This document shows positions 9,923-21,000 of a DNA stretch of 60,094 bases, one piece after another. The notes beneath the pieces were generated by a model. That model was not told the DNA's origin, did no database searches, and saw only the letters and a list, made by a program, of their open reading frames with translations. The translations under genes and the position numbers were made by a program. The stretch lies in the sequence record PZ445424.1, one strand, 5' to 3'. This DNA comes from a phage. The stretch's first letter is position 1. The number at the start of each line of letters is the position of its first letter.

Positions 9923-12900
9923 TGGCCGAAACCGCTTCGCTAGTAATCAGAGTTGACGCGAGAGGGATTAGTACCGCGGACTCTATGTTGCGGAACTTAG
10001 CGCGTACAGGTGACACAGCGGAGCGGTCTGCTCAACGTGTTACCTCCAGCTATAAAACATTGTCTAACACATCTAACGAACTTGCAACTGTCACAAGTCG
10101 TTTGGATGCTGCAATTGTAGGAATGATTAGCGTTGACACTATTAGCCGTGTTATATCGCTGTCTGACTCCTGGACCATCCTTACCAACAAACTTGAACTA
10201 GCTCGCATGGGTAATGAAACAGTTGCGGATTCTCAGCAACGTGTATTTGATATTGCCCAGCGTTCGCGTACAAGCTTAGAAGCAACTGCAACTCTGTACT
10301 CCCGTCTCCAGCGTGCGATGAAGAATACTGGCATGACAGGTATGGAGCTCGGGCGCATCACTGAAACAATCAACAAAGCAATGATCGTTTCTGGTGCAAC
10401 GTCCCACGAAGCAAGTGCTGCCCTTATTCAGTTTTCGCAAGCGATGGCATCCGGTGTTTTGCGCGGGGATGAATTCCGATCTGTTGCGGAACAAGCACCG
10501 CGCCTAACTCAAATCATGTCCGATGCATTAGGTGTTACCATTGGACAATTGCGTGAGCTGGCGTACAGCGGAAAGTTAACAGCTGATGTGGTTATCAAAT
10601 CGTTGTCTGGTGCTGCGGATACAATTGATAAAGAATTTAGCCGCACTATGCCAACGTTCAACCAGCAATGGACGGTTGCAACAAACAACCTGACTAAGTT
10701 TATGGGCGAATCCCAAAAGACTCAAGGTGCGGTCGCTGCATTGGGACAGACGTTTGTTGCATTATCTGAAAACTTAGGAACGGTTGTAACGGTTGGTTCA
10801 GCTTTAGCCACAGTGATTACCGCCCGTATCATTACGGCAATGCTTGCTAAGACTAAAGCGTCTATAGCTGCTGCAAAAGCATCACAAATGGAAGCTGCAC
10901 AAACAGCGGCAACTACTGCGGTGATGCAAAGCTCTATTGGCGTTACTGCACAGAAAGCGGCTGCGGATCGTGCTGCTTCGCTTGCAGCGTTACAGGTTGC
11001 TCGCGGGTCATTAGCGGTTGCTAAAGGTACGGCAGCGGAAGCGGGCGCACGTCTTGCCCTTATTAATGCTACCCGTGCGCATTCTGCGGCAATTATGGCG
11101 GACGTGCAAGCGCGGCAAGCGCTCAATGCTGCGCTTAATGCAACTGTACCAGCCGCAAGCCGGGCAGCTACAGCAATGAGCGTGCTGCGCGGTGCTATGG
11201 GGTTAATTGGTGGTCCTGTTGGTGTAGCAATGCTGGCAGCGGGTGCAATTTACTCCTATAAAGCGTCGCTGGAAGCAGGTCGTGCGGAAAACAATCAGTT
11301 TGCGGATAGTGTTGATTCTGTACGCGAAAAACTGATGCAAATGACGGAAGCTCAGCTCGCAGCTAACGCTGTCAAAGCTAGAGCAATCCTTCCTGAGCTT
11401 GAAGAGCAACTGAAGCGGGAGCAGAACGCTCTAAAATCTGCAACAGAAACACAGAAGTTCTATGAAGCACAATTAAAACGCCGTGCCGCGTCCGGCCGTG
11501 ATACAGCTAGTGCCGAGAAGAACTTACAAATTGCAACGGATAACGTCAAGCTTGCTGCCGAGCGTGCTGAAGAAGCTCAACGCCGTTACAACAATGTCTT
11601 AGAAATGACAAGCCCTGCTATCGAGAAGATAATTCCGTTAGCTCGTCAGCTTGCTGCTGATATGAAGGCTGTTCTTAACATCAAATCCGGTCCACTTATT
11701 GACGAGAAAGTCCTTGACCGTTTTAAAGGTCAGTTAGGTGACGTTAACCGTGAGATTGACGTTAACACGGTTAAGGGTGCTGGCAATGCTCGCCAAGCTG
11801 CAATCCTTAGTGGACTGTATCAGACGCTGGGCAAGGATGCAGACACCTATGGAAGTCTAATTCGCAAAGTAGCTATGGGGCAGGACGTTAGCTCAGAGGC
11901 AACAAGCGAATCCGCTAAAGAGCTTGTTAAATATGCTCAAGATTTAGCCCAAGCTCTTGGCAAAAACTACGATCTTGAAGAAGCAGAGAGAAACCGAACT
12001 AAAGCGACAAAAGACGGTATTAAAGCAGAACAACAGAACGCCAAAGTTATTGACGATTTACGCAATAAGCTTAACGAAGTAACCACAGGGGTTAAGGAAA
12101 ACGCCAAAGCGAAAGCGCAAGCGGTAGCACTTAATAAGCTCAATGCGTCTGCAACGGCTGCGGAAAAAGCAGAAGTCGTTAGTCTTGCTGCTGCAATTTA
12201 CGATGCAGAAGAAGCTCAAAAGAAACTGGACGAGCGTAAGAAGAATCGTAAAGCTGCCGAAGACTTGTTAGGGGAAGGTAGAACAGACTACGCTAAAATT
12301 GAATACGAAATGCAAGAAAAGATCATGAAGCTTCATAGGGATCAAGAAGCAGATGACCTTGAGCATTACAAACTGTATGAGGATGCTAAGACTCAAGTAT
12401 TGGCGCAAGCTAACCTTCAAAGGGAAAACCTGAATAAAGTTCTTATGAACAGGATGATATCCTTTTCTCAGGACTCGTTAGGAATTATAATGGATGGTCT
12501 GTCACAGGCTGTAAGCCAGCAGAACTTCTTTTATAAAGCCATGTTTGCCGCACAGAAAGCAATGCAAATCCCGTCAATCCTTGCCAACACGGAAACGGCA
12601 GCATCCGCGGCGCTTGCATGGGGTACACAGCAAGGCGGTGCTACAATGGGCGCAACAATGGCAGCTATAGTGAAAACTATGGGTTATGCCTCGGCTGCTA
12701 CTGTGGGCGGCTTAGCAATTGCTGGTATGGCTCACGATGGTATTGATAACGTTCCGCGTGAAGGTACATGGTTGCTGGATAAGGGTGAACGTGTACTTAA
12801 TGCTCCGTCTAATGACAAGTTAAATCGCTTCCTGGATAGTCAAGCTTCACAACAAGGTGGCGTGAATATGTCCGGTGGTGTTAGCATTGTTCAGTATATC

Positions 12901-13038
12901 ACGGTGCAAGGAAATGGCGATGCCGCACTCACACAAGCCATGCAAAAAGCAGCCCGTGATGGCGCTGAGCAGGGATATAATAAAGTTCTTAATGACTTTG
13001 CATCCCGAGGAACAATTCGTAGAACTGCAATGGGGTAA
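9922..13038 (+). CDS. Tail tape measure protein
   Basis: 1038 aa, Ala/Gln-rich helical protein with Gly-rich hydrophobic segment; canonical position after chaperone. Confidence 0.85.
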   Translation: MAETASLVIRVDARGISTADSMLRNLARTGDTAERSAQRVTSSYKTLSNTSNELATVTSRLDAAIVGMISVDTISRVISLSDSWTILTNKLELARMGNETVADSQQRVFDIAQRSRTSLEATATLYSRLQRAMKNTGMTGMELGRITETINKAMIVSGATSHEASAALIQFSQAMASGVLRGDEFRSVAEQAPRLTQIMSDALGVTIGQLRELAYSGKLTADVVIKSLSGAADTIDKEFSRTMPTFNQQWTVATNNLTKFMGESQKTQGAVAALGQTFVALSENLGTVVTVGSALATVITARIITAMLAKTKASIAAAKASQMEAAQTAATTAVMQSSIGVTAQKAAADRAASLAALQVARGSLAVAKGTAAEAGARLALINATRAHSAAIMADVQARQALNAALNATVPAASRAATAMSVLRGAMGLIGGPVGVAMLAAGAIYSYKASLEAGRAENNQFADSVDSVREKLMQMTEAQLAANAVKARAILPELEEQLKREQNALKSATETQKFYEAQLKRRAASGRDTASAEKNLQIATDNVKLAAERAEEAQRRYNNVLEMTSPAIEKIIPLARQLAADMKAVLNIKSGPLIDEKVLDRFKGQLGDVNREIDVNTVKGAGNARQAAILSGLYQTLGKDADTYGSLIRKVAMGQDVSSEATSESAKELVKYAQDLAQALGKNYDLEEAERNRTKATKDGIKAEQQNAKVIDDLRNKLNEVTTGVKENAKAKAQAVALNKLNASATAAEKAEVVSLAAAIYDAEEAQKKLDERKKNRKAAEDLLGEGRTDYAKIEYEMQEKIMKLHRDQEADDLEHYKLYEDAKTQVLAQANLQRENLNKVLMNRMISFSQDSLGIIMDGLSQAVSQQNFFYKAMFAAQKAMQIPSILANTETAASAALAWGTQQGGATMGATMAAIVKTMGYASAATVGGLAIAGMAHDGIDNVPREGTWLLDKGERVLNAPSNDKLNRFLDSQASQQGGVNMSGGVSIVQYITVQGNGDAALTQAMQKAARDGAEQGYNKVLNDFASRGTIRRTAMG

Positions 13039-13041
13039 CAT

Positions 13042-13626
13042 ATGCTCACTTGGCCCGAAGAAATTAGACCGTCCGAAATGGAATGGTATCTTGTTTCAAA
13101 CTCTGTAGAATTTACAAGCCCCTTCAATGGGGCTTCACAAACTGTATCCTATCCTGGGTCACGATGGGAAGCAACATTAACGTTCAGCAATTTAAATGAC
13201 TGGCAATCCAGAAAGATTGAATCAACGTTAGCTAAGCTTGACGGTAAAGCTGGTCGTATCATGCTTCAGGATTTTGGTCGCTGGGGTCGTGCACCGATTG
13301 GATCACCTGTGGTTAATGGCGCAAACAATACGGGGACAACTTTATCAACCAAAGGTTGGACTCCTAACAGAAAGGTTCTATGGGAAGGGGATTACATCGC
13401 AGTAAACAATGAATTAAAATTAATAACCGAAGATGCTTGGAGCGATTCTTCTGGTAACGTGATTTTAAATATTGCCCCAATGCTGAGGACCATTCCACCA
13501 AACGGGGCTAAAATTGAGACGCAGAAACCACAAGGAGCTTTTCGTTTATCTGACAACACTAACGGGGTTAAGCGTCAACCAGCTTTTAATAATTCATTTA
13601 CTTTAAAATTCTCGGAGGCGTTCTAA
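13042..13626 (+). CDS. Minor tail protein (distal tail, lambda M-position)
   Basis: 194 aa ORF directly after tape measure gene. Confidence 0.5.
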   Translation: MLTWPEEIRPSEMEWYLVSNSVEFTSPFNGASQTVSYPGSRWEATLTFSNLNDWQSRKIESTLAKLDGKAGRIMLQDFGRWGRAPIGSPVVNGANNTGTTLSTKGWTPNRKVLWEGDYIAVNNELKLITEDAWSDSSGNVILNIAPMLRTIPPNGAKIETQKPQGAFRLSDNTNGVKRQPAFNNSFTLKFSEAF

Positions 13627-14210
13627 TGCTATTCAGCCCTTTCAGCAATACGCTTCTTAATGCGATGGAGCAGCCAAACGTTAGTTTGGTCCTTGCTGCG
13701 GAAATTGACTTTCCTTCTGGCGTAACGCGTGTACATACTGGCACAGGTGTTGTTGTTATTAATGGACAGACGTTCCTGGGTGTCGGTACGCTTGGCGACG
13801 TAGGATCTGTAACGGAAGAAAACAGCACAAGCTCCAGCACAATGTCCATGGCGCTAAGCGGTCTGGATATGAGTCTTGTTGGGGAGACGTTAAACGAAGA
13901 AGTTATCGGACGTAATGTTGTCTGCTATATTGCAGTGATGAACGATCAAGGTAACGTCATTGCTGCTAATATTTTGTTTGAAGGTTTCATTACAGACACC
14001 GCATTACAAGCAGGTCAACAGAATGCATTGAGTTATGTTATTTCCAACGTGTTTGAGCGTTGGTCACAAGGTTTACCGGATCGCTATACGGATGAAAGTC
14101 AACAGCGTTTATATCCGGGCGACCGTTTCTTTAGATATATTGCACAAATGGCTGAACGTTCAATCTTTTGGGGGAGTAAAAAAGATGCGCCAGGGTTCTC
14201 CTATGAGTAA
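13626..14210 (+). CDS. Minor tail protein, lambda gpL-like
   Basis: 194 aa; N-terminal region (VSLVLAAEIDF) resembles gpL N-terminus; overlapping stop-start. Confidence 0.5.
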   Translation: MLFSPFSNTLLNAMEQPNVSLVLAAEIDFPSGVTRVHTGTGVVVINGQTFLGVGTLGDVGSVTEENSTSSSTMSMALSGLDMSLVGETLNEEVIGRNVVCYIAVMNDQGNVIAANILFEGFITDTALQAGQQNALSYVISNVFERWSQGLPDRYTDESQQRLYPGDRFFRYIAQMAERSIFWGSKKDAPGFSYE

Positions 14211-14619
14211 GTTGCCAGGCTGGCAGACACGTTTATTAACCACAGTAAAGGAGTTGTCATCGACTCCTTTTTCTTGGGGTGAAAATGATTGCTGCACCTT
14301 CGCGGCAAAATGTGTTGATGCGCAATACGGAACAAATATCTACGAACAAGTCGCTGGAAAATATAGTACAGAGCTTGGAAGTAAAAAGTTCACTATTGAA
14401 AGAGTTGGAACCGCTTACCTTCCATTGTTATTGGATACATATCTGAGCGAACGCGTTGACAAGAACTATGCGCAAAGGGGCGATGTGGTTACATTTGAGG
14501 GAGCATTGGGCTTAACTGCTGGCATATTATGGACTGGATATGTATGGGCTATGGGTCCGAACGGTGTGGAAACATTCCCGCTTAATAAGATCAAAATCAC
14601 GGATATTTGGAGGGTCTAA
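14185..14619 (+). CDS. Tail assembly protein K-like (NlpC/P60-like domain)
   Basis: Start refined to ATG at 14185 (GGGGAG RBS 7 nt upstream); ENDCCTF and QRGDVV motifs resemble the C-terminal domain of lambda gpK. Confidence 0.5.
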   Translation: MRQGSPMSKLPGWQTRLLTTVKELSSTPFSWGENDCCTFAAKCVDAQYGTNIYEQVAGKYSTELGSKKFTIERVGTAYLPLLLDTYLSERVDKNYAQRGDVVTFEGALGLTAGILWTGYVWAMGPNGVETFPLNKIKITDIWRV

Positions 14620-17600
14620 TGCCACCAGCAATAATTGGAGCAGCAATAGCTTTAGGTGCGTCGGCTGCTGCTGCGGCTAGTATTATTTCAGCAACTACTG
14701 CTCTCGTTATCGGTATTGCTGCAACTGCGGCAGGTGCTCTTTTAACTAAGACACCAAATATGAACTTTGATGCTTACAAGGGGCAGCAAGAGCGTAAACA
14801 GGTTCTGCGTGCGGCTACAGCGTCACGTTCTGTTGTATATGGCACGACCGTAGCGTCCGGACTATTAGCATTTGCGGAGGAAGAAGCTGGAGATCAAGAT
14901 GAAGGTGAATGGATGCATCTTGTTGTTGTTCTTGCTAGTCATAAATTGGAAGGTATTGAAACGATTTGGTTGGGTGATGACGGAATCGATTGGTTTGGTG
15001 AAAACGCTACTTGGGAGTTTCATAACGACCGTCAGACTGTTGACCCATTCATGTTAAGACATTGTCCTTCCTGGAAGGAGGATATGATTGGCAAGGGTAT
15101 TGCATGGCTACGTTTAAGCTTAAAGTTTGATGCTGAAAAATTCCCATCAGGTTTGCCAAACGTCAAGGTGTTGAAAAAGGGACGTAGAGTCTATGACCCA
15201 CGTTCCGGTCAAACTGTCTTTAGCGATAATGCTGCTCTTGTTATTCTTGATTATTTCCGCACGTATTTAAAGCGCAAGGACGAGAATATTAACTGGGACC
15301 AATTCAAGGAAGCTGCTAACATCTGCGATGAGTTTGTTACTAACGCAGATGGCACTACGGAAAGACGCTACCGCATTAACGGTGAGTTTGAAGTGGATGA
15401 AGCACCTGCCAAAATCCTTGATGCTATGCTTGAAGCTTGCGGCGGGGAGCTTACCTATATTGGTGGTAAACACGGTCTGTTAGTTGGTGCTTATTACGGT
15501 CCAGCTACCATGACTCTGGATGAAAGCTGCATTGCTGGGGACATTAAGATTATCCCTGAGACATCTTATAAAGAACGCACCAATACCATTACAGGTACAT
15601 TTGTTGACCCGAAGCAAACATACGCTGAAGCAGATTTTCCTCCAGTTGTGGTTAAGGAATGGGTGGAAAAAGATGGAGGCGAAATAACGCAAGACATGGA
15701 TTTCCGCTTCGTTACAAGTGAATATCAAGCGCAACGGCTCGCTAATATTATTTTACGTCGTAAGCGTGTTGGTCGAACAATTGAAGTGCCGTGTAACATG
15801 AAGGGGTATAAATTCCGCCCGGGCATGTATGTCAACGTGGCAATTTCAAATATTGGAATGAAAAATGTTGAGATGCGCGTCACTAAATGGTCATTTGATC
15901 CTAAAGGTGGGATTAATCTTGTCCTTCGTCAAGACTTCCTGGAAATGTGGGACGACGCTATTGGTAAACCAATGGAGCGCCCGGATCTGGTAGACCTTCC
16001 GTCTGGTGCTATTGCTCAACCGCAAAACCTTCAGTATCAGGTATTGCAGATTAGCGATGTTGTGCAGGGTGTTTTAACGTGGAGCAATATTGGACAGGTA
16101 GCGTATAACCGCGTAGCCGTGCGACAGGGAGGTACAACGGTTTGGACCGCACAAGTCCCTGGCCAAAATGTTCGCGTTACTGGGTTGCTGCGTGGCGCGT
16201 ATACAGCGCATGTTCAAGCGGTAGCTTATAGCGGAGCAATATCGCCGGAAGCATATCTGGAATTCAATATTCAAGCACCACCTCCGCCAACTTCTATTGA
16301 AGTGCAACAGGGTTACTTTGCTATAAGTTTGATCCCAAAATCTGCGGATATTGCAAACGTTAGCACGCAATATGATTTCTGGACGTCCGGTGAAACAAGA
16401 TTGTCTTCCGTATCTACGGATATTGTGGAACGAGAAGCAACTCGTAAAGGTATGGGTACAACATGGACTTCAGAAGGCTTGAAGAATGACCACACTTATT
16501 ACTGGTATGTTCGAACCATCAACGCTTTTGGATCGTCTGCATTTGTAGAGGTTGCTGCATTGTGCTTCACAACCGCTACAGACCTGATGCCGCAGATTGA
16601 CGCAGAGTTCAAAAATACGGAAACGTTTAAAGAGCTCACTGCTGAGATTTCAGGTGTCAAAGATGGCGTTACCCAACTCAGTCAAACTGTAGTAGATACA
16701 GAAAAGCGTTTAAGCCAAAGTGTTAGCAACGTTCAGCAGAGCGTTATTACTTTGGACGGTGTTGTTCAGGATCAAGGTGTTACCATCAATGAACAAGGAC
16801 AGCTCATTGATGCACAGGGTAAATTGATTGATACTCAAGGTAAGACCATTGAGACGGTTAGCGCAACTGTACAGGAGACAAGTAAAGCGATTGTAGATCT
16901 GGAAGGTAATGTTAACGCTCAATGGGGTGCTAAGGTACAGGTTGACAGTAAAGGACAAAAATACGTTGCTGGTATCCAGTTGGGTATGGAAGGGTCTGGT
17001 GGTGCTGTCCAATCTTACTTCATGGTAAGTGCCAACAACTTTGCAATTTATAACCCGACAAATAGCGTAGCAGAATTGGCATTTGCTGTTAAGAACGGTC
17101 AAGTGTTCATGAAGGCTGCGTTTATTGAAAACGGTACGATTGATAGCGCTAAAATTTCAAACCAGATTCAGTCAACAAACTACGCTAGCAATAGCGCGGG
17201 TTGGATGATTAACAAGAATGGTAGTGCTCAGTTTAACAACGTAACGATAAGAGGTACTGTATACGCTAGCAACGGGTCTTTCACGGGTACAGTCAACGCC
17301 ACAAGCGGTAAATTCAAGGGTACTGTGGAAGCTACCAGTTTTGTGGGTGATGTTGCGAATATGTGTGTCATTGCTGAGTCTGCAATACCAAACACACAAA
17401 CTACAAGTTCAAGAACCTGGACAAAAACTTTCAAAGACTCATCTGGTTCAACATTATCTAAAGACTTTGTGTTGCTATTAAGTTATAGTTTAACTGCATA
17501 TACATCAAGTCAAGCAAGTCGTATAATTGTGACTGCTAACATAGGGGGGACATCAGTTACAAGGAGGATTGAGCGAGCTGCTAATGGTTCCGCCATGGAT

Positions 17601-17741
17601 GTAACCATACCTTTAGCAGTGAAAGGAAAGACAGCGTCGAGCGTAACAATAAGCGTTAAGGAGGAATATACGAATGTCTATGGGAGTTGCTTGCGTCCGT
17701 CTGTAATATTAATGACTCGCGGAACTGGTAGTTGGTCGTAA
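14619..17741 (+). CDS. Tail tip / host specificity protein, lambda gpJ-like
   Basis: Start refined to ATG 14619 (GGAGGG RBS, TAATG overlap). Clear similarity to lambda J central region (GYFAISLIP, YYWYVRTINAFGSSAFVEV, KYVAGIQLGMEG); hydrophobic Ala-rich N-terminus. Confidence 0.85.
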   Translation: MPPAIIGAAIALGASAAAAASIISATTALVIGIAATAAGALLTKTPNMNFDAYKGQQERKQVLRAATASRSVVYGTTVASGLLAFAEEEAGDQDEGEWMHLVVVLASHKLEGIETIWLGDDGIDWFGENATWEFHNDRQTVDPFMLRHCPSWKEDMIGKGIAWLRLSLKFDAEKFPSGLPNVKVLKKGRRVYDPRSGQTVFSDNAALVILDYFRTYLKRKDENINWDQFKEAANICDEFVTNADGTTERRYRINGEFEVDEAPAKILDAMLEACGGELTYIGGKHGLLVGAYYGPATMTLDESCIAGDIKIIPETSYKERTNTITGTFVDPKQTYAEADFPPVVVKEWVEKDGGEITQDMDFRFVTSEYQAQRLANIILRRKRVGRTIEVPCNMKGYKFRPGMYVNVAISNIGMKNVEMRVTKWSFDPKGGINLVLRQDFLEMWDDAIGKPMERPDLVDLPSGAIAQPQNLQYQVLQISDVVQGVLTWSNIGQVAYNRVAVRQGGTTVWTAQVPGQNVRVTGLLRGAYTAHVQAVAYSGAISPEAYLEFNIQAPPPPTSIEVQQGYFAISLIPKSADIANVSTQYDFWTSGETRLSSVSTDIVEREATRKGMGTTWTSEGLKNDHTYYWYVRTINAFGSSAFVEVAALCFTTATDLMPQIDAEFKNTETFKELTAEISGVKDGVTQLSQTVVDTEKRLSQSVSNVQQSVITLDGVVQDQGVTINEQGQLIDAQGKLIDTQGKTIETVSATVQETSKAIVDLEGNVNAQWGAKVQVDSKGQKYVAGIQLGMEGSGGAVQSYFMVSANNFAIYNPTNSVAELAFAVKNGQVFMKAAFIENGTIDSAKISNQIQSTNYASNSAGWMINKNGSAQFNNVTIRGTVYASNGSFTGTVNATSGKFKGTVEATSFVGDVANMCVIAESAIPNTQTTSSRTWTKTFKDSSGSTLSKDFVLLLSYSLTAYTSSQASRIIVTANIGGTSVTRRIERAANGSAMDVTIPLAVKGKTASSVTISVKEEYTNVYGSCLRPSVILMTRGTGSWS

Positions 17742-17747
17742 TAAATA

Positions 17748-17777
17748 ATTAACCCCTCAAACGAGGGGTTAATTTTC
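17748..17777. terminator. Bidirectional intrinsic terminator between J-like gene (+) and lipoprotein gene (-)
   Basis: AACCCCTC-AAAC-GAGGGGTT hairpin flanked by T-rich tracts on both strands. Confidence 0.6.
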
Positions 17778-18009
17778 AATAATCAATCACACAGTTTGAA
17801 GGTGAACCAATTCTTCGGTATTCATGATCAATCTCATGGCACCATTGTCCAGTCATTGGAAGCTTTTCGGTATCATAAATTAAAGAACCGTTACCATCAC
17901 GATCTAACGGTTTTGGAATTACGCCGGAATTAGGTTTACCAGTATTTAAACCGTTACCACATGCAGTGAGGGATAAAGTTAATGCCAGCATAATTAAAGC
18001 GCGTTTCAT
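17776..18009 (-). CDS. Small lipoprotein, candidate receptor-blocking superinfection exclusion protein (Cor/Llp-like)
   Basis: 77 aa; signal peptide with lipobox LTAC-G (MKRALIMLALTLSLTACGNG); strong RBS AAGGAGG; antisense between host-specificity gene and tail fiber gene. Confidence 0.55.
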   Translation of the reverse strand: MKRALIMLALTLSLTACGNGLNTGKPNSGVIPKPLDRDGNGSLIYDTEKLPMTGQWCHEIDHEYRRIGSPSNCVIDY

Positions 18010-18045
18010 TGGGCCTCCTTTGTGTTGTTGTCAAGGTTCAATTCT

Positions 18046-18073
18046 AATATACTTGTTGTGTTGAGTAAGTCAA
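18046..18073 (-). promoter_or_regulatory. Sigma70-like promoter for lipoprotein gene (TTGACT-16 nt-TATATT on - strand)
   Basis: Read on reverse complement: -35 TTGACT (18068-18073), 16-nt spacer, -10 TATATT (18046-18051), ~30 nt upstream of the RBS. Confidence 0.45.
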
Positions 18074-18091
18074 ATAAATGTGGGAGATATT

Positions 18092-21000
18092 ATGGCAACT
18101 CGTTTACGTGGTACTTTAGTTGATGGTTTAAATAAACCAATTGTCAACGCTACAGTTGCGCTTTTAGCAAAAGGGAATAGCTTATTGGTATTATCAGGCA
18201 GTGAAGCTATCTTTAAAACAAGCGCAACCGGAACATATGATATTACAGTCCAAACAGGCTATTACAAGGTTATTATCGGTCCGCAAGGTAGCGAGCCTTA
18301 TAAAGCTGGTGAAATTGCTATTTACGCGGACAGTAAAGAAGGTACGCTCAATAACTATTTAACTTCCTGGGCACCGGAAGAGCTAACTCCGGAAGTCATT
18401 GCTCAGGTAAAAGATTTGGTTGCACAAGCTGAGACAGCTAAAAATGCTTCTGCTGCATCTGCAACTAAATCCGAGCAGGAACGCGTTAAAGCAGAGACTG
18501 CGGCTCAGAATGCTGTAAACACTGCTAACGGTATGAAAGCTTCTATTGGTTTGACTACTGCACCTAGACATGTTCCTGATATCACAGTAGAACCTACAGC
18601 ATTCTTAGGTTTCATACGAATCGTACGATCTACCACAGTTGGTTATCCGGATATAGCTTCATCAGAAAACGTATTGGCTGGTTTTGTCACTGCTATGGAC
18701 GGAACCCCTGGATATGTTGGGGTATTTGTTGGCGACTTCACCGGAACAGTATATACCTATCGTTGGACAAAGAACGTCGGCGCGGTGTGGTGGAAGCAAG
18801 TTAATTATTCTACTGTAAACAGATACTCCCAGCTTAACGCAGAGACTAATTTTACAAACCAATTAGGTAATGCGAAAGTCCTTATTGATAATAATAAAGT
18901 TTGGGGTGCTTATGATAACGACAATAAACGCTATATACCCCTTGCAATAGCTCAGGGTGGTACTGGAGCGGTGAATGTTAATGATGCTTTGGAAAACTTT
19001 GGGTTAGGTCGTAACTCCGCGCCACGTTTCAAACATCTTGATCTGGACAATGCATCAAATTCTACACAAGCCGCTTCTGGGATTCTAAACGGCTATCTCC
19101 GTGATTCTAGCGGTGTGCAAAGAACTAAGCATAGATTATATTCAGAAATTAAAAGCGACGGCAAAGCGTGGCTAACCATGCAAATCTATTCTGATGAATC
19201 CACACAGAAGACTTTAGGTTATAACATTGACGGCGATTTCCAAATCGTACGTAATTTTATCGGGCAGTCCTTACAATTATCGGATTTAACCACAACTCAT
19301 AAAAATCTACAAATTGATAGATTCAAGCAGTTGTCTTCTGGCACAAGGGTCTACGGAGGTCCAGCCGATGAGCGATATTTTGAAGTTCATACTGGAGCAT
19401 GGGGTGTTTATAACGTAACAGAAAATAAATGGATACCTTTAGCTATATCACAAGGCGGGACTGGCGCTGTTACAGTTGCAGACGCCAAAAAGAACCTTTT
19501 AATCCCCGACGGTGGACTTGATACAGCCACCCGTGTGGATAAACCTGCTGGGGCAGAAGATAATAAATACTATCCAATTATTATCAGCCAACCTAGCGGT
19601 TATGATGGTAGTTACCTAACAGAGATTGAAATGACTACCCCTTCGCGGAGTGCTTCACAAAGTCCTAACTGTAACATTTTAAGAGCTTGGGTTCGAAGTG
19701 CTGGATGGGGCGATAAAGGAACTGTTGGCTTTGCTAATTTCTTTGCTTATGACAGTAAAGAGGTTGCAATTTTATGTATACGTGGTACGACTAAAGGTCA
19801 ATACCCTCATAACGCTGTATATGTGAAGGGTGACGCTTTTCCTGTTTATATTAGAAAAACAGTTGGATCGCGTATCACTGTTCCTACTGCGGATTGGTCT
19901 GCGGATGCAAGCGCATCCGACAAATGTATTTATAAATGGGGAATTACCGGTGATCAAGATGGCGTAGGTGACGAATATGGATGCAGAAATATACTAGACT
20001 TTGTCAAAGGCTTAAATGGATTTTACTGCAATGATTATTTCCGTGATGCTGGAGGAAATGCTTATCTTAAAGACGGTATGAACTACGGCGGGGATATAAA
20101 ATTACAAGTCCGTAAATTGGAAATAAATGGTAATCTTACAGCAGGAAACGCTATAACGGCTTTTGGTCCTACTGTAGCAAATAATACATTTGTATCACAG
20201 TTAACGAATGCGGATGCTAGCCAAGCATTACATCAAAGCGAGTTTAGAGCCGGGGAAAGCGGTGGGCAAATTGTTGTTCGAGATATGACCTCATCTGCTA
20301 ATCATAAATTCTTTAACTTTAATCTGGACGGGAGCTTTAGTCCTCCAAATGGTTTGTTAAGCTCCACTGGTGTAGATTGGAACAGTCAAATTAATACCGT
20401 CAATAAGTTCTATGGAATTGCTGGACAAGTCAACTCAGCAGAAAACAATGTTGTTTACGGGGGCATTCACGTAGGTTTTAGCGGTAATTATGCATTTCAA
20501 CTAGCTGGTAGGAATAACAAAGCAAGTTTTCGTACATTTGAAGCAGGAACTCCTGGGCCTTGGATGCGTCTTATCACGGATCAGTATGCAGACTTCAAAG
20601 TACCAATTTTTGCTAACAAGAATGGTGAAGCTATAACCATTAAATCGACAGTAGCTGACAACTCTGAATCTGGCTATATTGCTGGGAGAAATAATGCCAA
20701 TGCCCGTTTATGGTATATAGGAAAATCCGGTCCTCAAGAAACTGTGGTTATCCGTAACGATATGAACGGAAACCAAATACTGTTAAGGGATGGTGCTGGC
20801 GATATAAGCTTGGATACAAAGGACGGGAACAAGGTTGTATACGCAAACGCGTCGAACTTTAGACTTGTTAATAGTAATGGAAAATATACAAGATTAGTAA
20901 CATCCGGAACTTCAACTCATGCAATTAGCATGGATAATTGGGGTACAACTACAAGACCAACTGTATTTGAATGTAAGTACGAAGATCCTTCTACTTCTGC

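Noticed and set aside
10722-11126. - strand 134-aa Ala-rich ORF inside the tape measure gene
   Set aside because: Falls within a long, well-supported + strand gene; composition reflects GC-rich Ala codons read antisense.
14035-14619. ORF-track start at 14035 for the K-like tail gene
   Set aside because: It would overlap the preceding gene by 176 nt; an internal ATG at 14185 has a GGGGAG RBS and gives a compact gene.
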